DNA from: Candidatus Latescibacterota bacterium
GTDB taxonomy: Bacteria; Latescibacterota; UBA2968; UBA8231
Length of the DNA stretch: 64,000 nt
Assembly: GCA_965223905.1 (NCBI GenBank)
Contig: CBDCXV010000001.1
Span: 1,344,001-1,408,000 of the forward strand
Reading direction: 5' to 3'
Positions 37,702 to 46,900 of the stretch are shown in pieces. The first letter of the stretch is position 1. The number at the start of each line of letters is the position of its first letter. The translations under genes were made by a program, and so were the position numbers. Under the pieces are notes generated by a model that saw only the letters and a list, made by a program, of their open reading frames with translations, was not told the origin of the DNA and searched no databases.

Positions 37702-38946
37702 ATGTACACCGATACACTGCCGAAAAACCCCCTCCTTTCCGGGGTGACCGACCCGGACTCGGCTCGCGTCCTCGACGAGCCGTCCAGCCTCGCCCGGGCG
37801 ACCCGTCCGGACTTCCTCGACAACGGCCACTCACCGGTCGAGTGGTCGGCTGGCGACTGGAGCGACATGGAGGCGGCGCGGGACGATCTGCTCGACCTCG
37901 CCGCGGTCGAGGAGCAATTCGACCGTGACGGCTTCCTCAGGGACGGCTACGCTGTCTTCGAGGGAGTGATCAGGCCGCATGCCCGCCAGCGGTGGCTGGC
38001 GGCGCTGGAACGGGGCCAGCACCTCAACGACAGCCTGCTCCGCGCCGACTGGTCCGCGATCGACTGGCGCGGACTCGGCCGCCGGCCCCCGGAGGAGACC
38101 GTCGCTGCCCCAGACTTGGAGAAGGCCCTCGGCGGCAGCCAGCAGGTGCCCCAGAAGACAGATGTCGCCGGGGTCCGCACTCTCAGGCTTCACTCGGTCT
38201 TCGCCGAGTACTTTCCCTCCGGCCATCTGCCCTTCCTCGCCGACGTCCTCACGCACCCGGAGATGCTCGCCCTGCAGCGCCTCTGCCTCGGCAGCGACGC
38301 CGTCTACTTCGACCACAACCAGCTGCTCTCGCGTCCGCCCGGGTACGCCGGAGGCCACTGGCACAGTCACCGGATCGGCGCCGATTGCGACCGCGGTACG
38401 GTCCTGCCGGAGGAGTACGACCGCCAGCCGAACTTCCTGCTCACCCTCTGCTATCTCAACGGCTTCGAGGCGGACAGCGACGGCGGCCTCAAGATCATCC
38501 GCGGCAGCCACCTGTTCCGCGACCCGGCCGGATGCAACGCCGCGACGGATGAAGAGATGGCGCGCGGCTGGCTCGAGGGCCGCACCCATCCGGTCACCGG
38601 CAGGCCCCTCGAGATGAAGCATCTCGCGCTGCCTGCCGGCTCGGTGGTCTGCTGCCTTTCGCAGGCGGCCCACGGGGTCGCGCCCAAGGCCGCCGGCAGA
38701 GAGTCCCGCCTCTGCTCCCTCTTCTGCTACCGCAAGCCGTGGGCGGACGGCCGCGCCCAGCCCCCTTGGGAGGTGCCCCCGGTGTGGGCGGTCAAGGCGC
38801 GGCGCGGAGAGCTTCCCCCCGTGCTGGCCGAGCTGCTCCGCCCCAGCCACGACCGCGAACTGACCGGGGGCAAACCCAATCCTACGACTAGCGCGGGAAA
38901 GCCGTATCGGTCCCTCGCAGATCCAGCGAATCCTCAGCGGCCTTGA
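37702..38946 (+). CDS. PhyH-family Fe/2OG oxygenase with atypical WHSH motif
   Basis: FLRDGYAVFEGV, GGLKIIRGSH, distal AHGV and R; HxH where HxD is usual. Confidence 0.8.
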   Translation: MYTDTLPKNPLLSGVTDPDSARVLDEPSSLARATRPDFLDNGHSPVEWSAGDWSDMEAARDDLLDLAAVEEQFDRDGFLRDGYAVFEGVIRPHARQRWLAALERGQHLNDSLLRADWSAIDWRGLGRRPPEETVAAPDLEKALGGSQQVPQKTDVAGVRTLRLHSVFAEYFPSGHLPFLADVLTHPEMLALQRLCLGSDAVYFDHNQLLSRPPGYAGGHWHSHRIGADCDRGTVLPEEYDRQPNFLLTLCYLNGFEADSDGGLKIIRGSHLFRDPAGCNAATDEEMARGWLEGRTHPVTGRPLEMKHLALPAGSVVCCLSQAAHGVAPKAAGRESRLCSLFCYRKPWADGRAQPPWEVPPVWAVKARRGELPPVLAELLRPSHDRELTGGKPNPTTSAGKPYRSLADPANPQRP

Positions 38947-39119
38947 ACCACCGGGGCATGGAACTCTCGACACCTAGCGGCGCTGCTGCTCCATCTCGTC
39001 CAACTGCGCCGTGCCTCGGGTGCCTCTGTCGTTCCTGTCCGCCCTGCTGTTCCTGGCCAACACCAGCCACTTCGGGAGGTCTACTGGATTTCCGCGATAT
39101 CCTCAGAAATGCTCTACGC

Positions 39120-39505
39120 ATGGCGCTCACACCGGACAGCCGCCTGGCTCAACGCGTCCTCCCGGACCCACTCTACCGGGCCCTGACGCACGTGTACGCT
39201 CAGGGGATTTCCGGCTGCATGCTGGCCGGGGGAACGGCCATCTCCGGATACTACGCAGGCCACAGGCGCTCCGACGATCTGGAGCTCTTCGCAAAGGATG
39301 AGGACGCCCACCGGGCAGCGGTTCTCGCGGCGCGGTCCTTGGCGATGTGGGCGCACAGGTGGAAGAGGTTCTATGTTCCGCTCAGTACTTCAAGGCGAGC
39401 TGTCTTTATCAGGGCCACAGGTTCACGGCGGACGTCGTTCTCGACGCCAACCTGCATGCTGTCGGTGAATCTCACGTTGCCGGCGATGGCGTCGCCGTTG
39501 CCGAA
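39120..39505 (+). pseudogene. AbiEii/AbiGii-type nucleotidyltransferase toxin remnant (frameshifted, truncated)
   Basis: LAGGTAISGYYAGHRRSDDLELF signature; frameshift near 39343 continuing as DVGAQVEEV...FTADVVLD; no C-terminal half; boundaries approximate. Confidence 0.7.
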
Positions 39506-39604
39506 AAGCGGATGCACCGACCGTATGTACCTGATGTACTGAGACTGCCTCAACTGCGCCGCGAGCCCGGAGAGCCGTCCCTGTCCGGCGGGCAGGGGTC
39601 TGGT

Positions 39605-40360
39605 TCAGCCGCCCAGTTTTGCCGCGAGGGCGTCGATCCCGCTTCCGTCCAGAGGCTCCTGTTTCTTTTGTCCTATCCTGTCCATCAGCTGCTCGCTGAT
39701 GACGACAGGTGCCCCTCCGCGAACGGCGATGCACATGCCGTCACTCGGGCGGCAGTCGATTTCCTGGGAACCGTCGCCGCTCTCGACGAGCAGCTTGGCG
39801 TAATACACCTCGTCTCGAAAATCCGATATACGCAGCTCGACCGGCCTGGCCTGCATTCTCTGCATGAGGTCCGCGGTGAGGTCGTGGGCGAGAGGGCGAG
39901 GGAAGGAGATCCCCCTGAGACCTTTCACCAGGGAATAGGTTGCTTCCTCACCGATCACGATCGGCAACAGCCGCTCGCCACCCACCTCCTCCAGCAGGAC
40001 GAGGTAATCCTCGACCTCCCGACCATCGTCAAGTGGATGGCAGTGCTTCCGGATATCTCCGATGGCCAGGGTTATGGACGCTTCCCCTGCACGGGGTCCC
40101 GTCGCCTCTTGAATTGCCGCTTCAAGCTCCTGCCAGTTTCTGTATCCCTGCTCCCGTGCGATCACGAGCTGAGCGTCGAGCAGGGAGAACCTGGCGTCCA
40201 GAATCTCCGAGTCGGAGGCCCCGGCAAGGTGGGAGATACCGCGCCGAAGTCGCGGTATGGTCCCGGCGTCCCCGGCTTTGTGCGCTTTCAGGAGGCTCTT
40301 GGCCTGTTTCCTGAGCTGTTCGAGATTGGGGCGCGGGGGGAGGAGAGATTGAGAGGACAT
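39605..40360 (-). CDS. Bifunctional nuclease (DUF151) fused to an N-terminal LPxRPNLEQLRKQAK domain
   Basis: LLPIVIGEE, PRPLAHDL, IDCRPSD; N-terminal helical module ending AQLVIAREQGYRNW. Confidence 0.85.
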   Translation of the reverse strand: MSSQSLLPPRPNLEQLRKQAKSLLKAHKAGDAGTIPRLRRGISHLAGASDSEILDARFSLLDAQLVIAREQGYRNWQELEAAIQEATGPRAGEASITLAIGDIRKHCHPLDDGREVEDYLVLLEEVGGERLLPIVIGEEATYSLVKGLRGISFPRPLAHDLTADLMQRMQARPVELRISDFRDEVYYAKLLVESGDGSQEIDCRPSDGMCIAVRGGAPVVISEQLMDRIGQKKQEPLDGSGIDALAAKLGG

Positions 40361-40366
40361 ACGATA

Positions 40367-40482
40367 CCCCTTTCATGCGCCTGGCGTCCGCGTCGAGCAG
40401 GCGAAAAGGGGGTCGAACAAACCTGGACAAAGGGAGATGGGCTTGGCCCTTTCGCGGACTTGGGGGCTCTCTCCCGAGCTCG
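40367..40482 (-). promoter_or_regulatory. Putative structured 5' leader sequestering the RBS of the DUF151 gene
   Basis: On the minus strand CCCCTTTTC pairs with GAAAGGGG (the SD) and CGCCTG pairs with CAGGCG; upstream small hairpins GGG-CCAAG-CCC and GCTC-GGGAGA-GAGC. Confidence 0.55.
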
Positions 40483-40727
40483 AAGTGTGAAGGAACGATT
40501 CGATGCAGCGACGAGCAAGGGTCTTGGCTCGAAGTATCTGGACTGCCTGGCTTTCCTGTCTCCCGCCATGCGCAGACAACTCGGATCGGATCACATGTCA
40601 TCTTCCAACATCCAAAGCTGAGATCGCTGCCCCTTCGCTCGCCCCCGGCCTCTGTGCGTCATTGCAAACCGGTGGCCACTGAGTGTGCCGGCAGCGACCG
40701 CCCTCAGGCACATTCCTGATTGAGCCG

Positions 40728-42488
40728 ATGGCCAGATCACGACAAGGAAAAGGCGGAAAATCCCCGCGGCCCACCGTGCCGCGCCGCAAGAACAGCGGCA
40801 GACCCGTCGGTGCCCCGGGCAAGCGGGAAAAGCAGTCGCGCCGCCGGCAGGCCTCGGCGAAACCTGCCTCCGACGCCGCCTATCTCCGCGAAGCCATCGA
40901 CGGCCTCGGGCTGCCCGGCCCCTTCCCGGAGGAAGCGGTGGCACAGGTCGGCGCGTTCCCCGAGGTCGACCCGGAAAAAGCGCTGGCCCGGGGAAGACGC
41001 CGCGACCTGCGCCCGCGCACCCACGTCACCATCGACGGGGAGGACGCCCGGGACTTCGACGATGCCGTGTCGGCCGAGAAGCAGGGAGACGCCTACCGCG
41101 TCTGGGTGTCGATTGCCGACGTCGCCTGGTATGTGAAGGCGCGCAGCCCCCTCGACCGCGAGGCGCTGCTGCGCGGCACCAGCGTCTACCTTCCGGGGCG
41201 CGTCCTGCCGATGCTGCCGGAGCGTTTGTCGAACGGGCTGTGCTCGCTCCTTCCCGGCGAACCGCGGCTGACCGTGACCTGCGAGATGGTGGTCGACGGC
41301 GACGGCGGGCGCGGCAGCATCGAGATCTACCCCTCCCTGATTCGCAGCGCCGCCCGCCTCACCTACACCCAGGTACAGGCCCGGATCGACGGGGCCCCGG
41401 ACGCCCTTCCCGAGGCGGTAGCCGGGGTGGTGCAGGACTGCATCGAGGCCTCGCGGCTGCTGCGCCGGAGGCGCTTCGAGAAAGGCTCCCTCGACCTCGA
41501 GATCCCGGAGCCGGAGGTCCTGTTCGACAAGGGGGGCAATCCGGCCAATGTCGTGGCCCGCAACCCGCTCCCGGCTCACCAGGTCATCGAGGACCTGATG
41601 GTCGCCGCCAACGAATCGGTCGCCGAGCACCTGCTCGACCTCGGACTCGAGGGCGTCTACCGCGTGCATCCCCCGCCGCCCCGGGAGAAGTGGCAGCGGA
41701 TGGCCGCCTGGGCGAAGCGATTCGGGCATCCGGTGAGGACGGGCAAGGAGAACAGCCCGAAAGCGGTCGCCGGCCTTCTCGCGAGGCTCAAGCAGTCGCG
41801 GCAGTCCGAGAGCGGGCAGATGCTGCTGCTGCGCTCCCTGAGCCAGGCCTTCTACTCGGCCGAGGTCGACCTCCACTTCGGACTGGCCTCGGAAGCCTAC
41901 GCCCACTTCACCTCGCCGATTCGCCGCTACCCCGACCTGCTCGTCCACCGCGCGCTCTGGAATCACTGGCTGAAGAAGCCCAACCTGCGCCGGCTCGAAG
42001 CCGCGGCGGAGAACTCCTCGGAGGCGGAGCGGCGCGCCATCGAAGCCGAGCGGGAGATCGTCCAGGCCGCGGCCTGCCTCGTCGCCCGCAGGCACCTGGG
42101 AGAGGAAATGCCGGCGCGGGTAACCGGCGTTCATGCCGCGGGACTGTTCGTCCGTCCCGAGGGACTGTTCGCCGAAGGTCTGGTGCCGGTCCGCTCTCTC
42201 GGCGAGCGCAGCGGCGACTACTTCGAGGTCTGGGAGGAGGCGCTGGCCCTGGTCGGCCGCCGCACGCGAGCTGCCTATACCCTCGGCGACCGCCTGACGG
42301 TGCGCCTGGCCGAGGTCGATCTCGAGAGGCGCCGCATCAATTTCGAGCTGGCTGCGCCAGAGGCGGCAAGCCCGGGGAAATCCGCGGCGGCCGGGAAAGG
42401 AGCCGGCCGGCGGAAAGCGGCCCGGGGCCAGGGTGCCGGCAAGGGCCGCGGAAGGGGTGATCGTCCTGGCCGTGGGAGGAAACGGTAA
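40728..42488 (+). CDS. RNase II/R (RNB plus S1) family exoribonuclease lacking N-terminal HTH/CSD domains
   Basis: TIDGEDARDFDDA, HFTSPIRRYPDL, C-terminal S1 domain and basic tail. Confidence 0.9.
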   Translation: MARSRQGKGGKSPRPTVPRRKNSGRPVGAPGKREKQSRRRQASAKPASDAAYLREAIDGLGLPGPFPEEAVAQVGAFPEVDPEKALARGRRRDLRPRTHVTIDGEDARDFDDAVSAEKQGDAYRVWVSIADVAWYVKARSPLDREALLRGTSVYLPGRVLPMLPERLSNGLCSLLPGEPRLTVTCEMVVDGDGGRGSIEIYPSLIRSAARLTYTQVQARIDGAPDALPEAVAGVVQDCIEASRLLRRRRFEKGSLDLEIPEPEVLFDKGGNPANVVARNPLPAHQVIEDLMVAANESVAEHLLDLGLEGVYRVHPPPPREKWQRMAAWAKRFGHPVRTGKENSPKAVAGLLARLKQSRQSESGQMLLLRSLSQAFYSAEVDLHFGLASEAYAHFTSPIRRYPDLLVHRALWNHWLKKPNLRRLEAAAENSSEAERRAIEAEREIVQAAACLVARRHLGEEMPARVTGVHAAGLFVRPEGLFAEGLVPVRSLGERSGDYFEVWEEALALVGRRTRAAYTLGDRLTVRLAEVDLERRRINFELAAPEAASPGKSAAAGKGAGRRKAARGQGAGKGRGRGDRPGRGRKR

Positions 42489-42585
42489 CCCCCGATGGCG
42501 GAGTCCAATTGCTCGACTCTTGGAAACCTCGATACCCTTCGGACACCGGGGGCGCTCCAATCCGGTTTGGGGCTTGGTAAATCCG

Positions 42586-42876
42586 TCAGGCAGGCTGCTT
42601 CACGTCGGCCATTGCCTGTTCGATGGTTTCCGAGTCTACACCGTGGTTCTGCAGACTTTTTACGAACAATTCAAGCCCAGGGTTGTTTTCCAGTCGCAGG
42701 AGATCCTGACGCAGACCTTGGCCGATGTAGGCTCGAATGAGCGGTTGGTATCCGGAGAATCCCAACTGGGGGGCGATGCGCTTGAGATCATCAATAACGT
42801 CTTCCGGCATGCGAATGCTCACAGGGACCATCGTCCGATTCCTGGTCAGTCTTTTTTTCAAATCACTGCTCTTCAT
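42586..42876 (-). CDS. Ribbon-helix-helix (CopG/BrnA-like) antitoxin
   Basis: VSIRMPEDVIDDLKRIA...GYQPLIRAYI; overlaps the stop of a BrnT-like remnant. Confidence 0.75.
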   Translation of the reverse strand: MKSSDLKKRLTRNRTMVPVSIRMPEDVIDDLKRIAPQLGFSGYQPLIRAYIGQGLRQDLLRLENNPGLELFVKSLQNHGVDSETIEQAMADVKQPA

Positions 42877-42963
42877 ACTGTTTCCTCTCGGCTGGCGTCG
42901 CTGTCCGGGCGGAGATCAGGCGAAACCATGGACGATACCATGTAGCCGAATCGCTATATCCAT
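42863..42963 (-). pseudogene. BrnT-family toxin remnant with an internal deletion
   Basis: N-terminus MDIAIRLHGI joined out of frame to FRLISARTATPAERKQYEEQ*, the typical BrnT C-terminus; only 101 nt remain. Confidence 0.75.
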
Positions 42964-42982
42964 TATCATGAATTACTAAGTT

Positions 42983-42999
42983 TGTATATACAGTGTCAA
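42983..42999 (-). promoter_or_regulatory. Putative TA promoter -35 element and palindromic operator
   Basis: TTGACA on the minus strand (42999-42994) next to the perfect palindrome TGTATATACA (42983-42992). Confidence 0.6.
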
Positions 43000-43041
43000 T
43001 ACGCAAAAGAGAAAAGGAACCGCCAGGAAAAAGGGGATAGA

Positions 43042-43848
43042 ATGAGCACGCGATTCGACGAAGCGGTAACCGCCGTCATTACCGGGGACGCGGCAGCACT
43101 GAAGAAACTGCTGCTGGAAGACCCTGGCCTTATCCATGCCTGCGCCCCGTCCGAACACCGGTCGACCCTCCTGCACTACGTGGGGGCCAATGGCATCGAG
43201 GACGAGCTGCAGAAGACGCCGCCGAACGCCGTGGAAATAGCCCGGATCCTGCTCGATGCCGGGGCGGAGGTCGACGCCCTCGCGGAGACCTATGGAGGCG
43301 GAACGAATCAGACGACGCTCTGCCTGCTGGTTTCAAGCTGCCATCCTGCCGAGGCGGGACTGCAGCCGGACCTGGTGAAGGTCCTGTGCGATGCCGGAGC
43401 GGCCGTGAACGGTGTGGCCGACGACGGCGCGCCGCTGGCGACCGCCCTGATGTTCAGCTACACGAAGTCCGTCGACATGCTGGTGCAGTGCGGGGCGCGC
43501 ATCGACAACCTGCTGTTCGCCGCCGGGGCCGGAGACCTCGACCGGGTGCGGTCCTGGTTCGGCTCCGACGGCCGGCTCGATCCCGCCGCGGTATATGACG
43601 GGCCCCATTTTCCCATCGCGGAGGACGAGAAGGAACTGGTCGAGCAGGCGTTCGGTCTGGCCTGCTATCACCTGAGGCTCGACACGATCCGCTTCCTGAT
43701 CGAGCAGGGTGTGGACGTCAACTCGCGGACCCGGATTCTCGGCGGTCCATGGACCGGGCTGTACTGGGCGGCTCACGGTTTCCATACGCAGGAGGAGGAG
43801 CGCCCCGTCCTGGAGTTCCTGAAATCGATTGGGGTCGAGCCGGAGTAG
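43042..43848 (+). CDS. Ankyrin repeat protein
   Basis: TLLHYVGAN, ARILLDAGAEVDA, PLATAL, IRFLIEQGVDVN; AAGGGG RBS. Confidence 0.88.
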   Translation: MSTRFDEAVTAVITGDAAALKKLLLEDPGLIHACAPSEHRSTLLHYVGANGIEDELQKTPPNAVEIARILLDAGAEVDALAETYGGGTNQTTLCLLVSSCHPAEAGLQPDLVKVLCDAGAAVNGVADDGAPLATALMFSYTKSVDMLVQCGARIDNLLFAAGAGDLDRVRSWFGSDGRLDPAAVYDGPHFPIAEDEKELVEQAFGLACYHLRLDTIRFLIEQGVDVNSRTRILGGPWTGLYWAAHGFHTQEEERPVLEFLKSIGVEPE

Positions 43849-43983
43849 GGCGCTTAAATTCCAATTCCGGGGGGATGGGGTAGTCCTCCATGTCCCAACC
43901 ACTAATACAAATAATACAAACGACTGGTAGGCAAGCAGTTTCCCCAGGAAAATGCCTGGCAGTTGTTGTAACCGAGTGATCAC

Positions 43984-46900
43984 TTGAGCAAAGCCGCGTT
44001 TCTTCCCGACCTCCTGTCCCGTCCCTGGACCCCCGATTCCGCCCATGGCCTACAACCCGTGGGTCTGTTTGTCGGCAAAGGATCCAACGCAATCGAGGTG
44101 GCGGTCGCTCACGTCTCCCGCACACCCGCCCGCGCAACCCTGATTGCCAGCTGGAAGGCGCGAAAGGGGCGGCGTGCGGCACCGGTGCTCCTGGTTGTCC
44201 TGCGTTCCGGGAAAGCGGCGCTGTGCGGCGCATCCGGGGAGTCGCCGCCGGTCTATACCGACATGGACGTGGGGCAGGTGGAGCGCCTCTGCCGGGAAGT
44301 GCTGGCTCAGCCCGACCGGCACGCGGCGCTCAGACTCCTGTCGCAGGCCCTGCCGTCGCTGGAGACGGCTCTGCCAGGGCTCAACAACGAAGGATTGCTC
44401 GCCCTTCACGAGCTGGAGCGGGGGGTGCCGGAGCGCAAGGACTGGGCCGAGGCGGGACGCAAGGCTGCCCAAGTGCTGAGCCAGCGCGACGGCGATCTGT
44501 TGAATGCCCTCGGTTTTTCCGTCGAACCTCTCGACAATCTGACCCATCTCCTGCGCAGCGGTGAGTGCCGCACCGCGCTCGCGGTCATGCTGCGGGAAAG
44601 CGAGTCCGCGGAGGCTGGGTCCCCCCGTTTCAACAGCCTGTCTCCAATCAGCTACGCCTTCAAGAAGGCCGACGACGAGAACCTTCCCTGGGTCGTCCTG
44701 ACGCAGGGCAACCGGCTTCGCCTGTATGCGACCGATGTCGGCGCGGGGGTGGGCCGTCGCGGGCGCACCGAGACCTACATCGAGTGCCAGCCTTCGCTGC
44801 TGGCCCAAGAGCATACGCCCTATCTATGGCTGCTCTACTCCGCCGAGGCCCTGGCCCCCGAGGGCAGCTTGAGCCAGGTGATCGAGGGATCCCAGCGGTT
44901 TGCCGGCGACCTCGCAGAGCGTTTGCGGGAACGGATTTACGACCATGTGGTCCCCGGACTCGCGCGGGGTATCGCCGAGGCCCGCGGCATCGATCGACCA
45001 GGGCCCCAGGACCTCGCCCGTACCTACGAGATGGCGCTGACAGTCCTGTTCCGGCTGTTGTTCATCGCCTATGCGGAGGATCGCGATCTCCTGCCCTACA
45101 GGCACAACGACGCGTACCGGCGCCGCTCCTTGAAGCAGAAGGCGCAGGAATTGGCCGGTGCGGTCGCCAGAGGCACACCGATCGCCGATGGCGATGCTCA
45201 CTGGCAGGAGACTGCGCTGCTCTGGCAGGCGGTGGCTCTGGGCAATGCCGGATGGGGCGTGCCGGCCTACGACGGCGGCCTTTTCGAGAGCGAGGCCTCG
45301 GTCTCGCAGCTCGGCGCTGAATTGGCGGGCATCAGCCTGCCGAACGAGTGCTTCGAGACCGCCCTCCGCCACCTCCTGGTTATCGAGACGCCGGAAGGCG
45401 TGCCGGGCCCGGTCGACTTCCGCTCGCTTGGGGTGCGCGAGTTCGGAACGATCTACGAGGGCCTGCTGGAATCGGAGCTTGCGGTGGCCGAGTCGGACCT
45501 TGTGCTCAAGAAGCAGAAAGGGGAACTCGTGTACGCGCCTGCCCAGAAGCGGGAGGACCCAAGCGTATATGCAGGCGAGACCTATCTGCACAACCGGTCC
45601 GGCGCTCGCAAATCGTCCGGCAGCTACTACACAAAGCCATTCGCAGTAGAACACTTGTTGAATGGCGCACTGGAGCCTGCCCTGAGCGACCACTTCGAGC
45701 GCCTCGACGCAATGGACGACGCGGGGGCCGCCGGGGCCTTCTTCGACTTCCGGGTGGCCGATATCGCGATGGGCTCCGGGCATTTCCTCATAGGGGCAAT
45801 CGACCACATCGAGAGGCGCATGGCGGACAAATCTCGCGGCGCGGAGTCTGCCGGGGGTTCGCAGGGAGCTGGCGAATCTTCGCGCGGTCGCCTTGGGCGA
45901 ATTGGGGGATCTCAGAGAGAGCACCACGATCGAGGACGGCCAGCTGCTGCGGCGCCTGATCGCCCGCCGCTGCATATACGGTGTCGATCTCAACAGCCTG
46001 TCCGTCCAGCTCGCCCGTCTCGCGGTCTGGATTCACACCTTCGTGCCCGGTTTGCCGCTCTCGTTTCTCGATCACAACCTGGTTCACGGCAACTCCCTGG
46101 TCGGCGTCGGCACCCTCGACGAGATCAAGAAGGAGTTCGAAAAGCGCTCTCTGCCGCTTTTTCCCGTCGATGCGCAGAGCCTGCTCGGGAGGGCCGCTGC
46201 CCCGTTGAGGAGACTCGCCAACATCAACGATGCGTCGTTGCAGGACATCGCCGCTGCCCGGGAGGCAGCGCGAGAGGCCCGCGAGGCGATCCGGAGCACC
46301 GAAGCCCTCTGCGATCTGATCGCGGCACAGCCGATCTCCGAAGACCCGAAGGTGACTCAGTTCCGCTTTGAGGATTGGGAACGGCTTGCACCCAAGGCCG
46401 ATGGATCGGAGGCGGTACGGATAGCGCGGAAGGATCTGGGCAGCCTCCAGGCGCTTCACTTCCCGGTGGCATTCCCGGAAGTGTTTCTCCGCGAACGGCC
46501 GGGGTTCGACGTGGTCGTCGGCAATCCGCCGTGGGAAAAGGCTCATGTTGAGGAGCATGAGTTTTGGGCTCGTCACTCACCTGGGTTGCGGGGCCTACCA
46601 CAGCGTCGGCAGGAAGCAGAGAAGGTGCGGCTGCGGGAAGAGCGCCCCGATCTTGTAGCGCAACTTTCGAAAGAGAAATCCGTAGCGGATCGGCTGCGCA
46701 AAGTACTTATGGGTGGCGGTTATGCCGGCATGGGTGCTGGTCATCCCGACCTTTACAAGGCATTCTGCTGGCGATTCTGGCACGTAAGCTCTGTGGACGA
46801 GGGCCGCATCGGCGTCGTGCTGCCGCGCAGTGCGCTCGCGGCCAAGGGTTCGACCGACTTCCGCCAAACGGTATTCGGTGAATCGGAACACGTCGAAGTC

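Noticed and set aside
40737-42560. 607 aa minus-strand ORF
   Set aside because: Antisense shadow of the RNB exoribonuclease, whose catalytic motifs are on the + strand.
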